Positions 1 to 11,939 of a stretch of DNA of 64,000 bases are shown piece by piece. Below the pieces are notes generated by a model. The model was not told where the DNA came from, did not search any database, and worked only from the letters and a program-made list of their open reading frames with translations. The position numbers and the translations under genes are program-made. The stretch's first letter is position 1, and the number at the start of each line of letters is the position of its first letter. This DNA is from Anthoceros angustus (taxonomy: Eukaryota > Plantae > Anthocerotophyta): positions 62,001 through 126,000 of the forward strand of contig MU008219.1 in NCBI GenBank assembly GCA_010909165.1, given 5' to 3'.

Positions 1-3000
1 TGGGCTCAATACGTTGAATCTCGAGCACTTTCTGTAAACCAAGGTGACGCAAATAATATACTATATCAAACTGCATATGCGATATTGAGCTACAAATTTG
101 GCGATGCGTTTGCTATAGCAAATCTTTGGATTCTAGCTTACCCGAGAGGTCGAACAAACACTGTGCAAAAACTTACTTCTCTTTCAACTGTTCAAACAGT
201 AGACCTTATGGATTACATTACATACATGACAACCACTGGTGCTAAGATATATTTTGAAGATGTAATATGTCAAAGTAATGGATTGTTCATGACAAGATCA
301 GTTCGAGAAATTTTATATGGATACTACGATCCTTTGTTGGAAGGTTATTATGGAACTTTCAACAAACTTGCTTTTGTTGGGGCAATAAATAATTTTGCTC
401 AACTCACCAATCCACCAAGTGATTTCATAGAATCACAAGCATTTACAGGTTTCAAAACAGGCAAGGGAAATATCAATGAAATGTTTAATATTGTTCAACA
501 AGGAACAAATATGGGACTAAGAGCCCCTCCTGTAAATAAAAATGTCATACAATGGGAACATGGTGTTGTACAAGTTTCAGGGTCATCTGGTGCTTTTTTC
601 GGACCGGGAGTAGTTAAGAAAGGAAAATCACAAGTGATGTGGATGGACTTGCTAAATCGCCATATAAAATTTGATTACGTTGGAGAATATACTTTTCAGA
701 ACTTAGAAATCTACAAATATCATATGAGTGATTCTTCCTTAGAAGCATGTGAGAAAATACCTTTAGAGTAAGGAAATTTACTGTAACAATAACAAGTGTA
801 TAAGTTTTTGCTAGAAAAATTCTTCACTAACTCTAAAGCTATGGTAAACTGGTTGTGTGATAAGCAGAAATATTGACAAAGAGGGACCATGCCTATATCC
901 TCAATATTACACCGGAGTATTCAACTTAACTAGATTTTCTAGCTTATTTTATTTGACACTTCCCCATTTCCTTCGTACTGAACCTCAAGTGAAACATACA
1001 TTGGGACTCACAGGAGATGAGATGTCCACTGAAAGTTATTGGGATGTGACGTTAGAAATCGAGCCTTTCTGGGGTGCAACAATCAATGTCTCATTCATGT
1101 TTCAAAACATCGTTCCGTTACAAAGAACGGATGTGTTACGGCCAAATTTATGGTTGAATGTTAGTTCAAGTTTGTTCCCTAACATAATATGGCTTCCAAC
1201 AAATATTATATCCACACAGGTATATACATCCTATACAAAGAATATTATAATATTTTTAATTCATAAACTAGAATATGAGATACCTTTTCCATCTTTAATA
1301 GATACAATTATATCATAGATAACACCAAATACAACATTATTACATACTCTATGGATTAGCAAGCTTTTTGTTTATGGAGTCATTTTCATTTTAGTGGATG
1401 TAATTCCATTTTTGTCGATGGGCTGCATATTATGTGGTATTCATTTCATGTGGAAAAAAAGACGGTTTACCTGCTATGAAAAGGTATATGCATGAGTTTG
1501 ATTTGGAGTGTGAGTACTTGTTTGGTTTTTGAGTCGTTCATATGAAACATTTCAATTTTTCCTCAGAAAGAAGACAAATTACATCATGATATTTTGGTTG
1601 CTAGAATAATTGATCCTATCGAGTTGCAAATTAAACAACGTACTTGGGCAAGAGTAACACCATCGTTTGAGGAGATGATGACAATCTTAGATAATTTGAA
1701 CGCATTGGAAACAATTGAAGAAGAAAATCCTCCAAATGAGGAATCAAAACATCCAGAATTGTCAATATTTTCAGCTGAACCTGAGGTACCAATTGCAGGA
1801 CCTACTATTGCAGAAGAAACACCCATACCCACCATACAAGAGGGAACACTCATCTCAACTCCATTTGTCATTGGGAAAGAGGAAACACTCACCTTAATGG
1901 AGGAACATGGTTCTTCCTCTATGGTACCAACAGAACGAAGAAAGCTATCAATTCTAGTGGAGGAGGAACAAGAACCTCTTCTAAAGTTGCGAAGTCCGTG
2001 CGCCTTGCCTAGAGCTTCAACATTGGATGAAGTTTCTTACATTCATGAAAGGGCCTCCACTTTGTCGATGGGCTGCATATTATGTGGTATTCATTTCATG
2101 TGGAAAAAAGACGGTTTACTGCTATGAAAAGGTATATGCATGAGTTTGATTTGGAGTGTGAGTACTTGTTTGGTTTTTGAGTCGTTCATATGAAACATTT
2201 CAATTTTTCCTCGTAAAGAAGACAAATTACATCATGATATTTTGGTTGCTAGAATAATTGATCCTATCGAGTTGCAAATTAAACAACGTACTTGGGCAAG
2301 AGTAACACCATCGTTTGAGGAGATGATGACAATCTTAGATAATTTGAACGCATTGGAAACAATTGAAGAAGAAAATCCTCCAAATGAGGAATCAAAACAT
2401 CCAGAATTGTCAATATTTTCAGCTGAACCTGAGGTACCAATTGCAGGACCTACTATTGCAGAAGAAACACCCATACCCACCATACAAGAGGGAACACTCA
2501 TCTCAACTCCATTTGTCATTGGGAAAGAGGAAACACTCACCTTAATGGAGGAACATGGTTCTTCCTCTATGGTACCAACAGAACGAAGAAAGCTATCAAT
2601 TCTAGTGGAGGAGGAACAAGAACCTCTTCTAAAGTTGCGAAGTCCGCGAAGTGCAGTCTTGCCTAGAGCTTCAACATTGGATGAAGTTTCTTCTGTTCAT
2701 GAAAGGGCCTCCAGCTTTGTCATTGAGGATCACCATAGGCATTCATTACTACAAACAAGAAATAGTCGGCATGCCAAAACGTCTAGAATAGATATTCCAG
2801 AAGCATTTGTAGAAGCCACTGTACAAGCAGAAGTCTCCATCGCGGACCCAAGTATATCAAGTGGCTCTCAACAGCCAACTAATGCAGAAATTGAAAGAGA
2901 TGCAGTAATAAAATCACCTCAACCTTTGTTTCGGCAGAGTTCTCAAAAGGATAACTTTGCTGATGAAAAGCACGAGAGCAGTCTTGGACCTGTTTGGATT

Positions 3001-3012
3001 GATGACATTTAG
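1..3012 (+). CDS. CD36/scavenger receptor class B-like membrane protein, 5'-partial; exons ~1-767, 868-1219, 1319-1483, then a last exon from 1567 (duplicated copy ends at 3012)
   Basis: Frame is open from base 1. CD36-type motifs: TRSVREILYGYYDPLL, FKTGKGNI, VSGSSGAFFGP, LTLPHFL, LEIEPFWGATINVSFMFQ. GT-AG introns phase correctly. Exon 1319-1483 encodes a TM helix followed by KKRR, then a long acidic/Ser-rich tail. Confidence 0.8.
1413..2710. repeat. 648-bp tandem duplication inside the CD36-like gene
   Basis: ORFs at 1594 and 2242 are identical over most of their length, offset 648 bp; differences cluster near the junction. Confidence 0.95.
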
Positions 3013-3616
3013 AGCTAGCACAAGTGCGGAAGCGCACTTGTGTCGTACAATAATGCATGGTAGTGCTGGTGTGGAAGATGGATTTGGAATCTCACTTTTT
3101 AGAATTTTTGAGATTACATAGTGCTCGTGTGCAAACCGAGCGAATAGATTGGAATCTCAATGCACTAGGGAGTTTGAGATGACACCGGTACTCCTCTAGA
3201 AAAACCAGCCAGTGTTCTTTTTGCTTTTTTTTGATGATGCAGGACCAATGAGGTAAAAGAGGTTGCCAGATGCAAAAGTGGATCTCAGTGTGTTCATAGG
3301 TGCGTACAGGGCCTGGCCTGGACCGATTGCGGTTCTCCAAAGCAAAAGCCAAGTGCTGTGTGGACCATCCGAAAGGTGGGACTTCACAGTGCCCGGTGAG
3401 CCTGTGGGCGGGCGCTGTGTGAAGTGGTCACTCGTGCACCGCAGCCCATAGCTATGGAGTGATGAAGGAGCTGTTGGGTACAGTTGGGGTGAAGTTCTTT
3501 GAAGCTGTGGAACAGGTAACAGCCTGAAACAGGTCGCCGATTGAATGTTACCAGCAGGGCGAGTGTGGGGAAGTGAGTGAAGCTTGTACCCGGCACCGAC
3601 ACCGACACCGACAACG

Positions 3617-3970
3617 CCACCTGCTTTTTGTCTTTGATGCGTGGCGAGCAGAGGAAGGAATTATTTCAAATGTTGCCAGCTTGCTTGCTGAAGGCCCGTG
3701 AGCTGGCTGGGAGCCGCATTTGGTTACCATTGCTGTAATGCGTATCAGGCGAGGATTGGAAGCATAGCCAGAAGCTGTGAGGCAGATCCGGAGCATAATC
3801 CAGCTTTGGAACAAGTTTCCAGGCACGACTGGATAAGAGGGAGCGTGGATCGGCTGTGGCTTCTTTCAGTCCGCCATGGCCGGATTAGCAAGGCAGCGGG
3901 CCCGGGAGACGGAATTAGCAGCTGCAGGTCTACATTGATTCCGTCGGATCCTCGCTTGTTTCGCTAGTTG
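3617..3970. repeat. ~350-400 bp dispersed repeat, second copy at ~15161-15565
   Basis: Shared tctttgatgcgtggcgagcag...ggaattagcagctgcaggtctacattgatt with indels; no recognisable protein. Confidence 0.85.
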
Positions 3971-5989
3971 AAGAGAGGCGTGATGGAGTAAGATGAGGAG
4001 AAGGGAGCATGGAATGGTGGCGCGACGGGCACCGTCCATCCCGAAAGGGGATCCTACTGGCCGACCTCTGCTGCTCCTTGACGGAAAGGATTCCCGACAC
4101 CAACGGCTGTTTCTGCTGCTGCTGCATGGGCCACCTGCGCCACGTTGCACACTCGGGAGTCCGGATTCCCGCTGACTCGACTCAAGGGCCGGGGCTCGGA
4201 GGCGAGACGCGAGACCCGGTGGGGTAGCAGCCTGCAAAGGGCCTGCAAATTGCAGGCCCTTGTCCAGTTCGGCCTGACGGGGGCCTGTCCTGCTTGTCCG
4301 CTGCAACGGCAACTGCGAGGTCGACAAACATGGCTTGGAGGGTTGTGTGCAAGGGGTGTTTTTAGAGGATTGTGTGAAACAGTGAGTCTGCTGCTGGCTT
4401 GTCAGACGGTCAGATGCTAGATTGGATCCAGAGAAGTGTATCAAGTATCTTCATGCCACATCCAACTGCCTTGCCAAGTTGTCAGTGGCTTCGGTTTCTC
4501 ATCAGAAGCCTCTCGGATGCTTGGACAGAATTTGGTCCCAGTAGTGGCCCAGCAGGCTCCTGCTGGCCATGCCCACCATTTGCTGCTCCTGCTCCTGCAG
4601 CTGCACCCGTGCGATCATGATATCTGGCACGGGTCTCACAGCCACGCTCTCTCTCTGGACCGAGCTTTCCTGTTTCTCCCTTAAAAATTATGCTGTCAGA
4701 GCTTGGCGTGTCCAGTGTGCATGCTGCATCTCCATGCTTGCTTGCCCAGCCCAGCCCAGCCCAGCCCGCTCATGATTCATGACCATGAATGTGCCACTGC
4801 CATTGCACTCACATGCACATCAACATAATCCATGCCAACTTCACATGCTCCTCTGACCTCGATGGAGCAGCCCAGCTTGTGGTTGGAACTTGGAATGGCG
4901 ATGGCTGTGGCCAACGCAAGATACTGTTTGTAGGAAATGTTGGCCCTTGCTTATGGCATCCATGTGAGCTCCACGGCGGATGGCAAGCATCATAAAGCCG
5001 TCCAACGTTCCTCGGAAACTCCACGGGCCCACAGGGTGGAGGGGAGTCAACTCATTGGCGTTGCTCATGTGGGTGGATCTGCCGTGTGTCATGATACATA
5101 CACACCCGGCTGCCTGCGCAGAGTGACAGGTTGTTGCCTGTCATGTCTGTCGCTTGTTGCAGACAAGCCAAGCACGTTCCGCAAGCTGGTGCTGCAGGTA
5201 GGCATTGAAAAGGGCCCTTGTTGGAACTCTGCCTTCACAACACCAGTGCTTTCACATGTTACTCGGTGGGTTGTGAAAGCCGCAAATTGAATGTCCATTT
5301 AGGTGGAGAGGGTGAATGACAGGCCAGCCTCGGATGCCGTCATAGGTGCAAGCTTTTCAGGCCTCCTTGCGTCCCAGGGGGGCCGCTGCCCGACCCCGGG
5401 GGCCACCCAGGCAGTAAAGTCAGGTGGGATGCTGCATCTCCTGTCAATAACGCTGGTTGCCACCTGTACTAGGCCTGTTCGTCTTCATACATAGATTATA
5501 CGACGCTTGATTCCTTTGTGGTTTCAGGGGACAGACTAGTGCGGCAATCGTTGCTTGGGGAAGCCCAAGTAGCGACTGGAATGTCCCTTTGCCTTGCGAG
5601 CCATTCATAGAATACTCACCGAACTTTGCATACATACTTTCTCTTGCCGCAAGTGAGAATGTGCAGATATTCTTCATTTTCTATGTGAATACTACCATCC
5701 GCAAGCTCTTGTCACACATGGATACCTTCTATTGTTGCTTGTGCGGCAAAGGGTGTGTTGAGGTGAACGATCCTGTGGAAGACAAGTTCTTGAGAGCAAA
5801 TTGGCTAGTAACATAGACTTTCACCACGTATAGAAAATCCTTCAGACTATTAGGTGAAGTGCCGCAGGAAGGAAGTAGGTATATGCGTTTGAAGAAGGAT
5901 GGAAAAAGAAGTGATATGCATTGTGTCGAAGAATGGAAAATACCTGGTGTCGAAGGATGGGCTCCTGGCCCAAGCTCCGCTGCGAATAC

Positions 5990-6394
5990 CTGCTATCATG
6001 GCATTCCACGCCCTTTGGACCAATTGGATCTTGCAAGCTGCCACGATTTGAGTACATCCCTAACGAACATTTGACCATGGAGGGATCCGCCTGATGCTCT
6101 TGTTCTCTCATTTGCACATGAAGCTCCTTCCCATCCTCTGAAGCTGGGGTACCCACACTTGCACATGCCTGGAGGTGGCACACAAATGTTACGAACTCTG
6201 GTATAGCGATGCCCTCCTCTTGCATTACACTGTAAAGACGAAGGGCTTTCTGGCCAATGCCTTATACCATGCTGTTGCAGTCAGCACATATTGGCGAAGT
6301 CCAGGAAACACTCTTCGAGCAGCTTCCAAGCTGCCATAATTTGAAGAGATCAGCTTGATGTGCTCGTTCAATAATTAGTACACAAACCTGCTTC
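5990..6394 (-). pseudogene. PLS-class PPR gene fragment
   Basis: ETGKQVCVLIIERAHQADLF, MQEEGIAIPEFVTFVCHLQACASVG, WNAMIAG in several frames; paralogous to 16070-16690. Confidence 0.75.
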
Positions 6395-6406
6395 CCCGTC
6401 TCCACA

Positions 6407-7190
6407 GGAACTGCAGATGCAAACACTCTTGTTCTTGCATCTGATCCTGACAGAGAGGGTGAGGCCATAGCGTGGCATGTGCTAGACATGCTGAAGATGG
6501 ACGGAGCACTGGAAAGTGACCAGGTAGTTAAGAAGGTTGTCTTTCATGAGATAACGAAAACAGCAGTTGTTCAGGCCATGGAGTCACCGCGAGTGATCAG
6601 TGATAGTCTTGTAAATGCTTATCTTGCCAGGAGAGCACTAGACTACCTCATTGGTTCTGTGAAGGAAGCTTCCTGGAAGTAGTCTGCTGGCCGTGTGCAG
6701 TCTGTTGTCCAAATGGCTTAGGCCAAATGGACACACATTTATAAGAACGTCGAGATTAAGCATCCTGAGCTTAGATCGGTACTTAGATGGGGTGCCTAAA
6801 GGGAGTGGATGCCCTTGGTGCAAGTAGCTTAGGCACACCATGGTACATGGTTGTTAAGTACAAGTCCCAGGACGGAAATCCGTCCTTAGTGGAATTCAAT
6901 AAAATTCTTCCTCTTCTTCGGATGATTTGCGAACGCGAGACTGAAATTGAGTCCTTCAACTCCCAGGAGTATTGGTCAGTAGAGGCACAGGTTTCCTCTT
7001 CAAGACCGCCCATCGAGCAACACAACGCTCGATACCTAGCACGGCTTACTCATTGCATGGGTGCAAAGCTTGGGCAGTTTAGTTTAATAGCGGAGACAGC
7101 AGCAGCTGCGGCTAAAACGGTAGCCGAGTCTAAGTTGTCAGTAGCAGCTATCGAAAACAGCATGTCAAAACAAAGTCCTCCTGCTCCATA
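6407..7190 (+). pseudogene. Topoisomerase IA relic 1 (copy of exon 17794-18380, with deletions and a ~205-bp insertion at 6708-6913)
   Basis: [17 protein letters not shown]...[11 protein letters not shown] and [17 protein letters not shown], nearly identical to the intact gene but frameshifted. Confidence 0.9.
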
Positions 7191-7191
7191 C

Positions 7192-7857
7192 CTCAGATTC
7201 ACCAATACCAGGTGGTAGGGCGCGCACTGCCCTCCCCTACCAATGAGCAGCCGAAGATTTGCCGAACGAAGCTCTGGGTCACGAACGAAGTTCGTGCAAA
7301 AGTCCAAGTTTTGGTAAGCAGTTTGTGGGAGCTTTGCCGGTTGTTCATCTGAGGGGGATTAGCCCATAGGGATGCTCGCCGGTTTCTGATCAGATACTTC
7401 TTGAGGAAGCTGAAGAAGTCGCATGGACAGGTCCTTGCGAGTAACGAGTTAATAAGGGTTTCCTTACCATGCACTGTGGTTGCTTCTGGTTTTGTGCTGC
7501 AGGCTTGCTAGGTTTGGTGGCATGAGTTGATCGTACTGTTGGATGTGTAGATTTTTGAGAAGAAGCCGACCACTGTCAAGAATTTTTGCAACTGGGTTAG
7601 GTCTCAAAGTCGCACAGGTTCCCATAACATGTGCAAGTAGTACAGGGACACCACCATGAACGGTGCTGTGGAGCAGATGGACGATGAGATGGCTTTTCGG
7701 CACAGCGTTCGTTTTCCCTGCATTCCGATCACCAAGACTGCCACTGTTCCTGTTGTCCTGTGCAAGCGTGAGAACACGAAGCAGTTTCACAATGGAACCA
7801 TCAGGTTCCCTCTGACATACCGGAAGAACAGGCCACCTACCAGAAAGTTGAAGACTA
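7192..7857 (+). pseudogene. RPL18a: RPL18a/eL20 pseudogene with introns retained; exon 1 missing, 3'-truncated, frameshifted
   Basis: Matches exons 2-4 of 23483-24359; extra A in gcaaaagtcc, internal deletion in exon 3, breaks off at gaagacta. Confidence 0.9.
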
Positions 7858-7924
7858 GTTCCATTTCGCAGTGCAATTCGCTACGATAATTTGGTATGAA
7901 TACCTTGTCCTTTCATCTGGCCTT

Positions 7925-8455
7925 CTGTAATGTTAGAAACTCGCAATCTCTGCACTAATTCTGTACACTGTTTTGCAGATTGCGTGTTTCACCTCATGCT
8001 TGTATTTGGAAGGTGCTTTCAAGTTTTTGAGGCAAGAGAGAGGCCTTAAGGTACTGCCCACATGTACCATTGTAGAGTTTGCAAACTGTTGCTGACTTGA
8101 GCGCTTGTGACTCCACCTGATGCCGCTTGCTCTCTGCCTGCGAAAAATATTGTCAGCTCATAGGCTGAGGCTTGGTTGCATCTAGCCTTGTGTTATGCTA
8201 GAAACTCGGACTCTGTGCACTAACTCTTTACACTGCTCTACAGATTGCGTGTTTCACCTCAAGCTTGTGTTTGCAAGGTGCTTCCAAGTCTATAAGGCAG
8301 CCCTCAAAGGCATAGCTAGGAGAGGTATGGGAGAAAGGCCTTGAGGTGCTGCCCATACATAGCATCGTAAAGTTTGCTCTGGTTGCTGCCTTGTGTGCTT
8401 GTGACTCCATGTCGTGACGCTGCTTACTGCCTGCCTGCAAAACGTTTTTTAGCTT
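7925..8455. repeat. Diverged ~265-bp tandem duplication with an exon-like core
   Basis: tagaaactcg...cagattgcgtgtttcacctca...aaggtgct occurs near 7935-8020 and again near 8200-8285. Confidence 0.7.
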
Positions 8456-9116
8456 TTTGTCTGGGACCTCGATTTCCATGCTGTATGTATTGTTTTGGAT
8501 GTGCCACAATAAGCGGCTTGCTTTAACAATATGTTGCATCCAGGTTTGGGAGGGACCAGGGACAACATGGCCTTTGTTCTTTGAAAGTATCCTTGTACCA
8601 AGCGGCACAAGGGGGCCATGGTGTTGTAAAAGTTGTTGACAAAATAGCATTGTGGCAGTTGGGCAACTGCACCGTAGCCAGTTGCTCCCACAAATTCACT
8701 GCTTTAGGCTAACCTCTTCAGAAGATGGAGAAGTCTTGGGTAACAATCCCTTGCCGAAAGGGATCCCTGCAGTTTTTTTATCGCTGGAATGGCAATTCCA
8801 ACAGTTGTGACAAGAAAGAGGAGAAAGAAAGGAACAATACAGAAGGACAGAGAATGTTTACGGAAAGAGATTGCAAGGGTCAAAGAAAGACGTTGGAGAC
8901 TTTGGATGGAGACTGTAGAAGACAAAGGAAAACTTTGGATGAAGGCTTCGAAGGCGACTTCTGATGAATGATTGTTGAAGAAGGTCGAGATTGTAGAAGA
9001 AGAAGAAGAAGAGATTGCAGATGGAGATTGTAGAAGACGAAGAAAAACTTTGGATAGAGGCTTTGCAGGCGGCTCCTGAAGACAGAGAACGACTATTGAA
9101 GGGGACTATTGAAGGG

Positions 9117-9973
9117 GACTATTGAAGGGGATTGCGGCAGACAAATAAAAAATTTTGAAGGAGGTTGCTGGTGACAAAGAAAAGCTCTTAAAGGTGACAA
9201 AGAAAAGATCTTAAAGAAGGCTGAGGAAGGTAAGCAGGATGTGCGAGAGTATATTAAGAAGCTGATTGTAGAGCTCTTGAAGGTAAAAATCAAGGTCAAC
9301 ATCTAAGGGATGTGGAACGGAAGACGCAGCAGTGAACATGGCAAATACGAAAGGGTTGAAAGATGACAGTGGACTAGGGGATTGATCATCCAACATATTA
9401 TTGATAAGCTATTTGACGTTCTCACATTTGGTAGAATGCTAGATTGTGTATATTTAAAGTATCATATATGATTAAAAGATCTGATTAAATCTATTTTAAA
9501 AGTTTGCATAGTCGGGTGTGTATTGCAGTTTATGGGATAATTCAAACAGTCGACTATGCAAACTTTTAAAGAAGGGTTTACACAGATCTTCTAATCTTAT
9601 GTGATGCTTTGAACACGCCTAATCTAGTATCCACCCGGATGTGGGGGATCGTCAAATGTCTTGTCAATGATATGTTGGGTCTCACATCCAGATACCATTG
9701 CTTGTACCCTAATTCACTCGTCTTCCTTCCCTTTTGTACTTGCTAAGTTCATTCTCGTTGTGATTTCCATCCACTATGAAGACTTCAACTGCTGCGTCTT
9801 TCATTCCATAGCCCTTGGATGTTAGCCTTGTTTTTCACCTTCAAGATTTTCGCAATCAGCCTTTTGATTTGCTCCCGTGCATCCTGCTTATATTTCTCAG
9901 CCTACTTCAAGGTGTCCTCAGCAGCATCCTTCAAAATTCTTTCATGTTTGCCGCAACCTCCTTCAACAACCTC
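9117..9973. repeat. Long imperfect inverted repeat (arms ~9117-9514 and ~9551-9973, 36-nt spacer)
   Basis: Perfect 20-bp core tttaaaagtttgcatagtcg / cgactatgcaaacttttaaa; the alignment extends ~400 bp outward with mostly transition mismatches. Confidence 0.9.
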
Positions 9974-10499
9974 ACGGCTCTAGTAGTTCAGCTATCCCTC
10001 TGTGTGGGCTGTTGAACTAGAGTGAATCAATATCGATCGGCTGGGACAACGTTTGTGAATTTGGAGGGAACAGTGGTTCTTGAGTTCATCAGTGAGTGGC
10101 TGCATTGATGTGGGCGTCTTGTTTATCACCAGTCGCTCACATCGCACTCGAGACGAACAAGACGCACAATAAGACATCCCTGAAGGTGATGAGCCTTGGG
10201 ACCTAGTTCTAGTCCTAGATGTGCCCGCCATACAACGACCACATAGAGCACAGCCTCGGCGTAGCGGAAGGACAATTCTGACATTCTGAGACCCACAAGG
10301 CTCACAACATGGAGAATAGGACAGGTTGAAGATAAGGTCACGGGTGGAGTAGCCAGAGAGGCTGAAGGCACAAGCTTTGCAAGACCTCTGAATGTCATGG
10401 CATGGAATGCGTGGCTAGCTACACAACTGGAGAATGATCTATAAACCATGACAAAAGCTCGAGACTCCAGATCACCTGAATTGGAAGGAAGCAATCAAC

Positions 10500-11550
10500 A
10501 GCGAACTGCAGAGTTTAGCAGACAACAAGACTTGGAGTCTTGCACCTCTGCCAACAGGCAAGAACGCCTGAGGGTGCAAGTGGATCTTCAAAACCATGCG
10601 AGGAGCCGATGGTCAAGTGACCCAACACAAGGCTCGCCTAGTTGCGAAGGGGTTTTTCCAAAGCGAACGAATTGACTATGAGGAGGCCTACGCACTCGTA
10701 GTGAAATTCTCACGCTGCGTACCCTGTTGGCTATGGCAGCTGCAAAGGGAATTGAAAGTGCGGCAGATTGACATCAGAATGGCTTTTCTCAACGTAGTGC
10801 TCCAGGAAGAAGTCTACATTCGACAAGCAGAGGAGGTAGAAGTACAAGGAAGAGAGGACCTCGTGTGTAAGCTTCAGAAAAGCTTATCTGGTCTGAAACA
10901 GGCACCACCAGCATGGAACGAGCGTCAGGACAAAATACTGCTGGAAGCTGGCTTTCACCAATCATCATTTTGTTTACACAAAAGGGGAAGGTGACAACCT
11001 GGTCATTTTCGCAGTGTATGTAGATACACTTTGTCAATTAGCTTGTCAGATGGTCACATACAAGACATAGTGGATCATTTGAGCTAACACTTCGAAGTCA
11101 TGGATTTGGGCGAGGCAAAGTATGTCCTAGGGTTTTAAATTTTGAGAGACAATGAGTCAGCTACAATTAGTCTCTCCCTAGATAAGTATACGCGAGACAT
11201 CCTACACGATATCACATAGACAACTACAAGCTAGTTTCCACCCCATTAGACGCCAACTGTGTCCTCATTCTGATGTGTCCTAAAACCAGTGTAGAAGAGA
11301 AAGCTATGAAGAAGATTCCATGTAAAACTGCCAAAGGAAGTTTAATGTATCTAGCTACAAGTACATGGCTAGACATTGCAGTAGCGGAGGGAATTTTGAG
11401 CGGATTCATCAGCAAACTGGGAATGCAACATTGGCAGGGAGTAAAACATACCCTTTGCTATGTCCAAGGGACTCACTCTAGTTTTCTTCACTATGATGCT
11501 TTGCTCGTATAACACCTCAAATGGTAGGTTTTACTGATGCCAACTGGGCA
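10500..11550 (+). mobile_element. Decayed Ty1/copia LTR retrotransposon pol (reverse transcriptase and start of RNase H)
   Basis: HKARLVAKGF, QIDIRMAFLN..LQEEVYIRQ, VCKLQKSLSGLKQAPPAWN, GSLMYLA, MVGFTDANWA, with stops and frameshifts. Confidence 0.9.
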
Positions 11551-11815
11551 AGCTAGGTTTGGTACAAGGATCTAGATCCAAGCAAGCGCCACCTCTATGC
11601 TTGCAAGCAAGTGCGCACTGTCCCTACTGTACATGGTTCATGTCCCGCTCCATCTACAGGTTCGAGTCTTCATACGTTTGGGCCTCTTGGGCATCTGAAT
11701 CAATGCACGTTAGTGAATGGATTGGGTGGAGAGAGAAGAGGGAGGCGGGAAGGGGCAAGAGGGGAGGGAGGAATTGTGGTGGGAGTACTTTGGGCAAGAG
11801 CCTCACCTTTCACGA

Positions 11816-11930
11816 GCCATTGTATGGTCAGCCATTGTCGAGCGTTGGGCGCCATTGTATGGCCAGCCATTGTCAGGCGTTGAGCGCCATTGTATGGCCA
11901 GCCATTGTCGGGCGTTGGGCACCATTATAT
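11816..11930. repeat. 35-bp tandem repeat, ~3.3 copies
   Basis: Unit gccattgtatggccagccattgtcgggcgttgggc starting at 11816, 11851, 11886, partial at 11921. Confidence 0.9.
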
Positions 11931-11939
11931 ACCGTTACA

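Noticed and set aside
3200-5500. Many overlapping 60-190 aa ORFs in a GC-rich stretch
   Set aside because: No recognisable domain or consistent exon chain; likely chance ORFs or an unidentifiable decayed gene.
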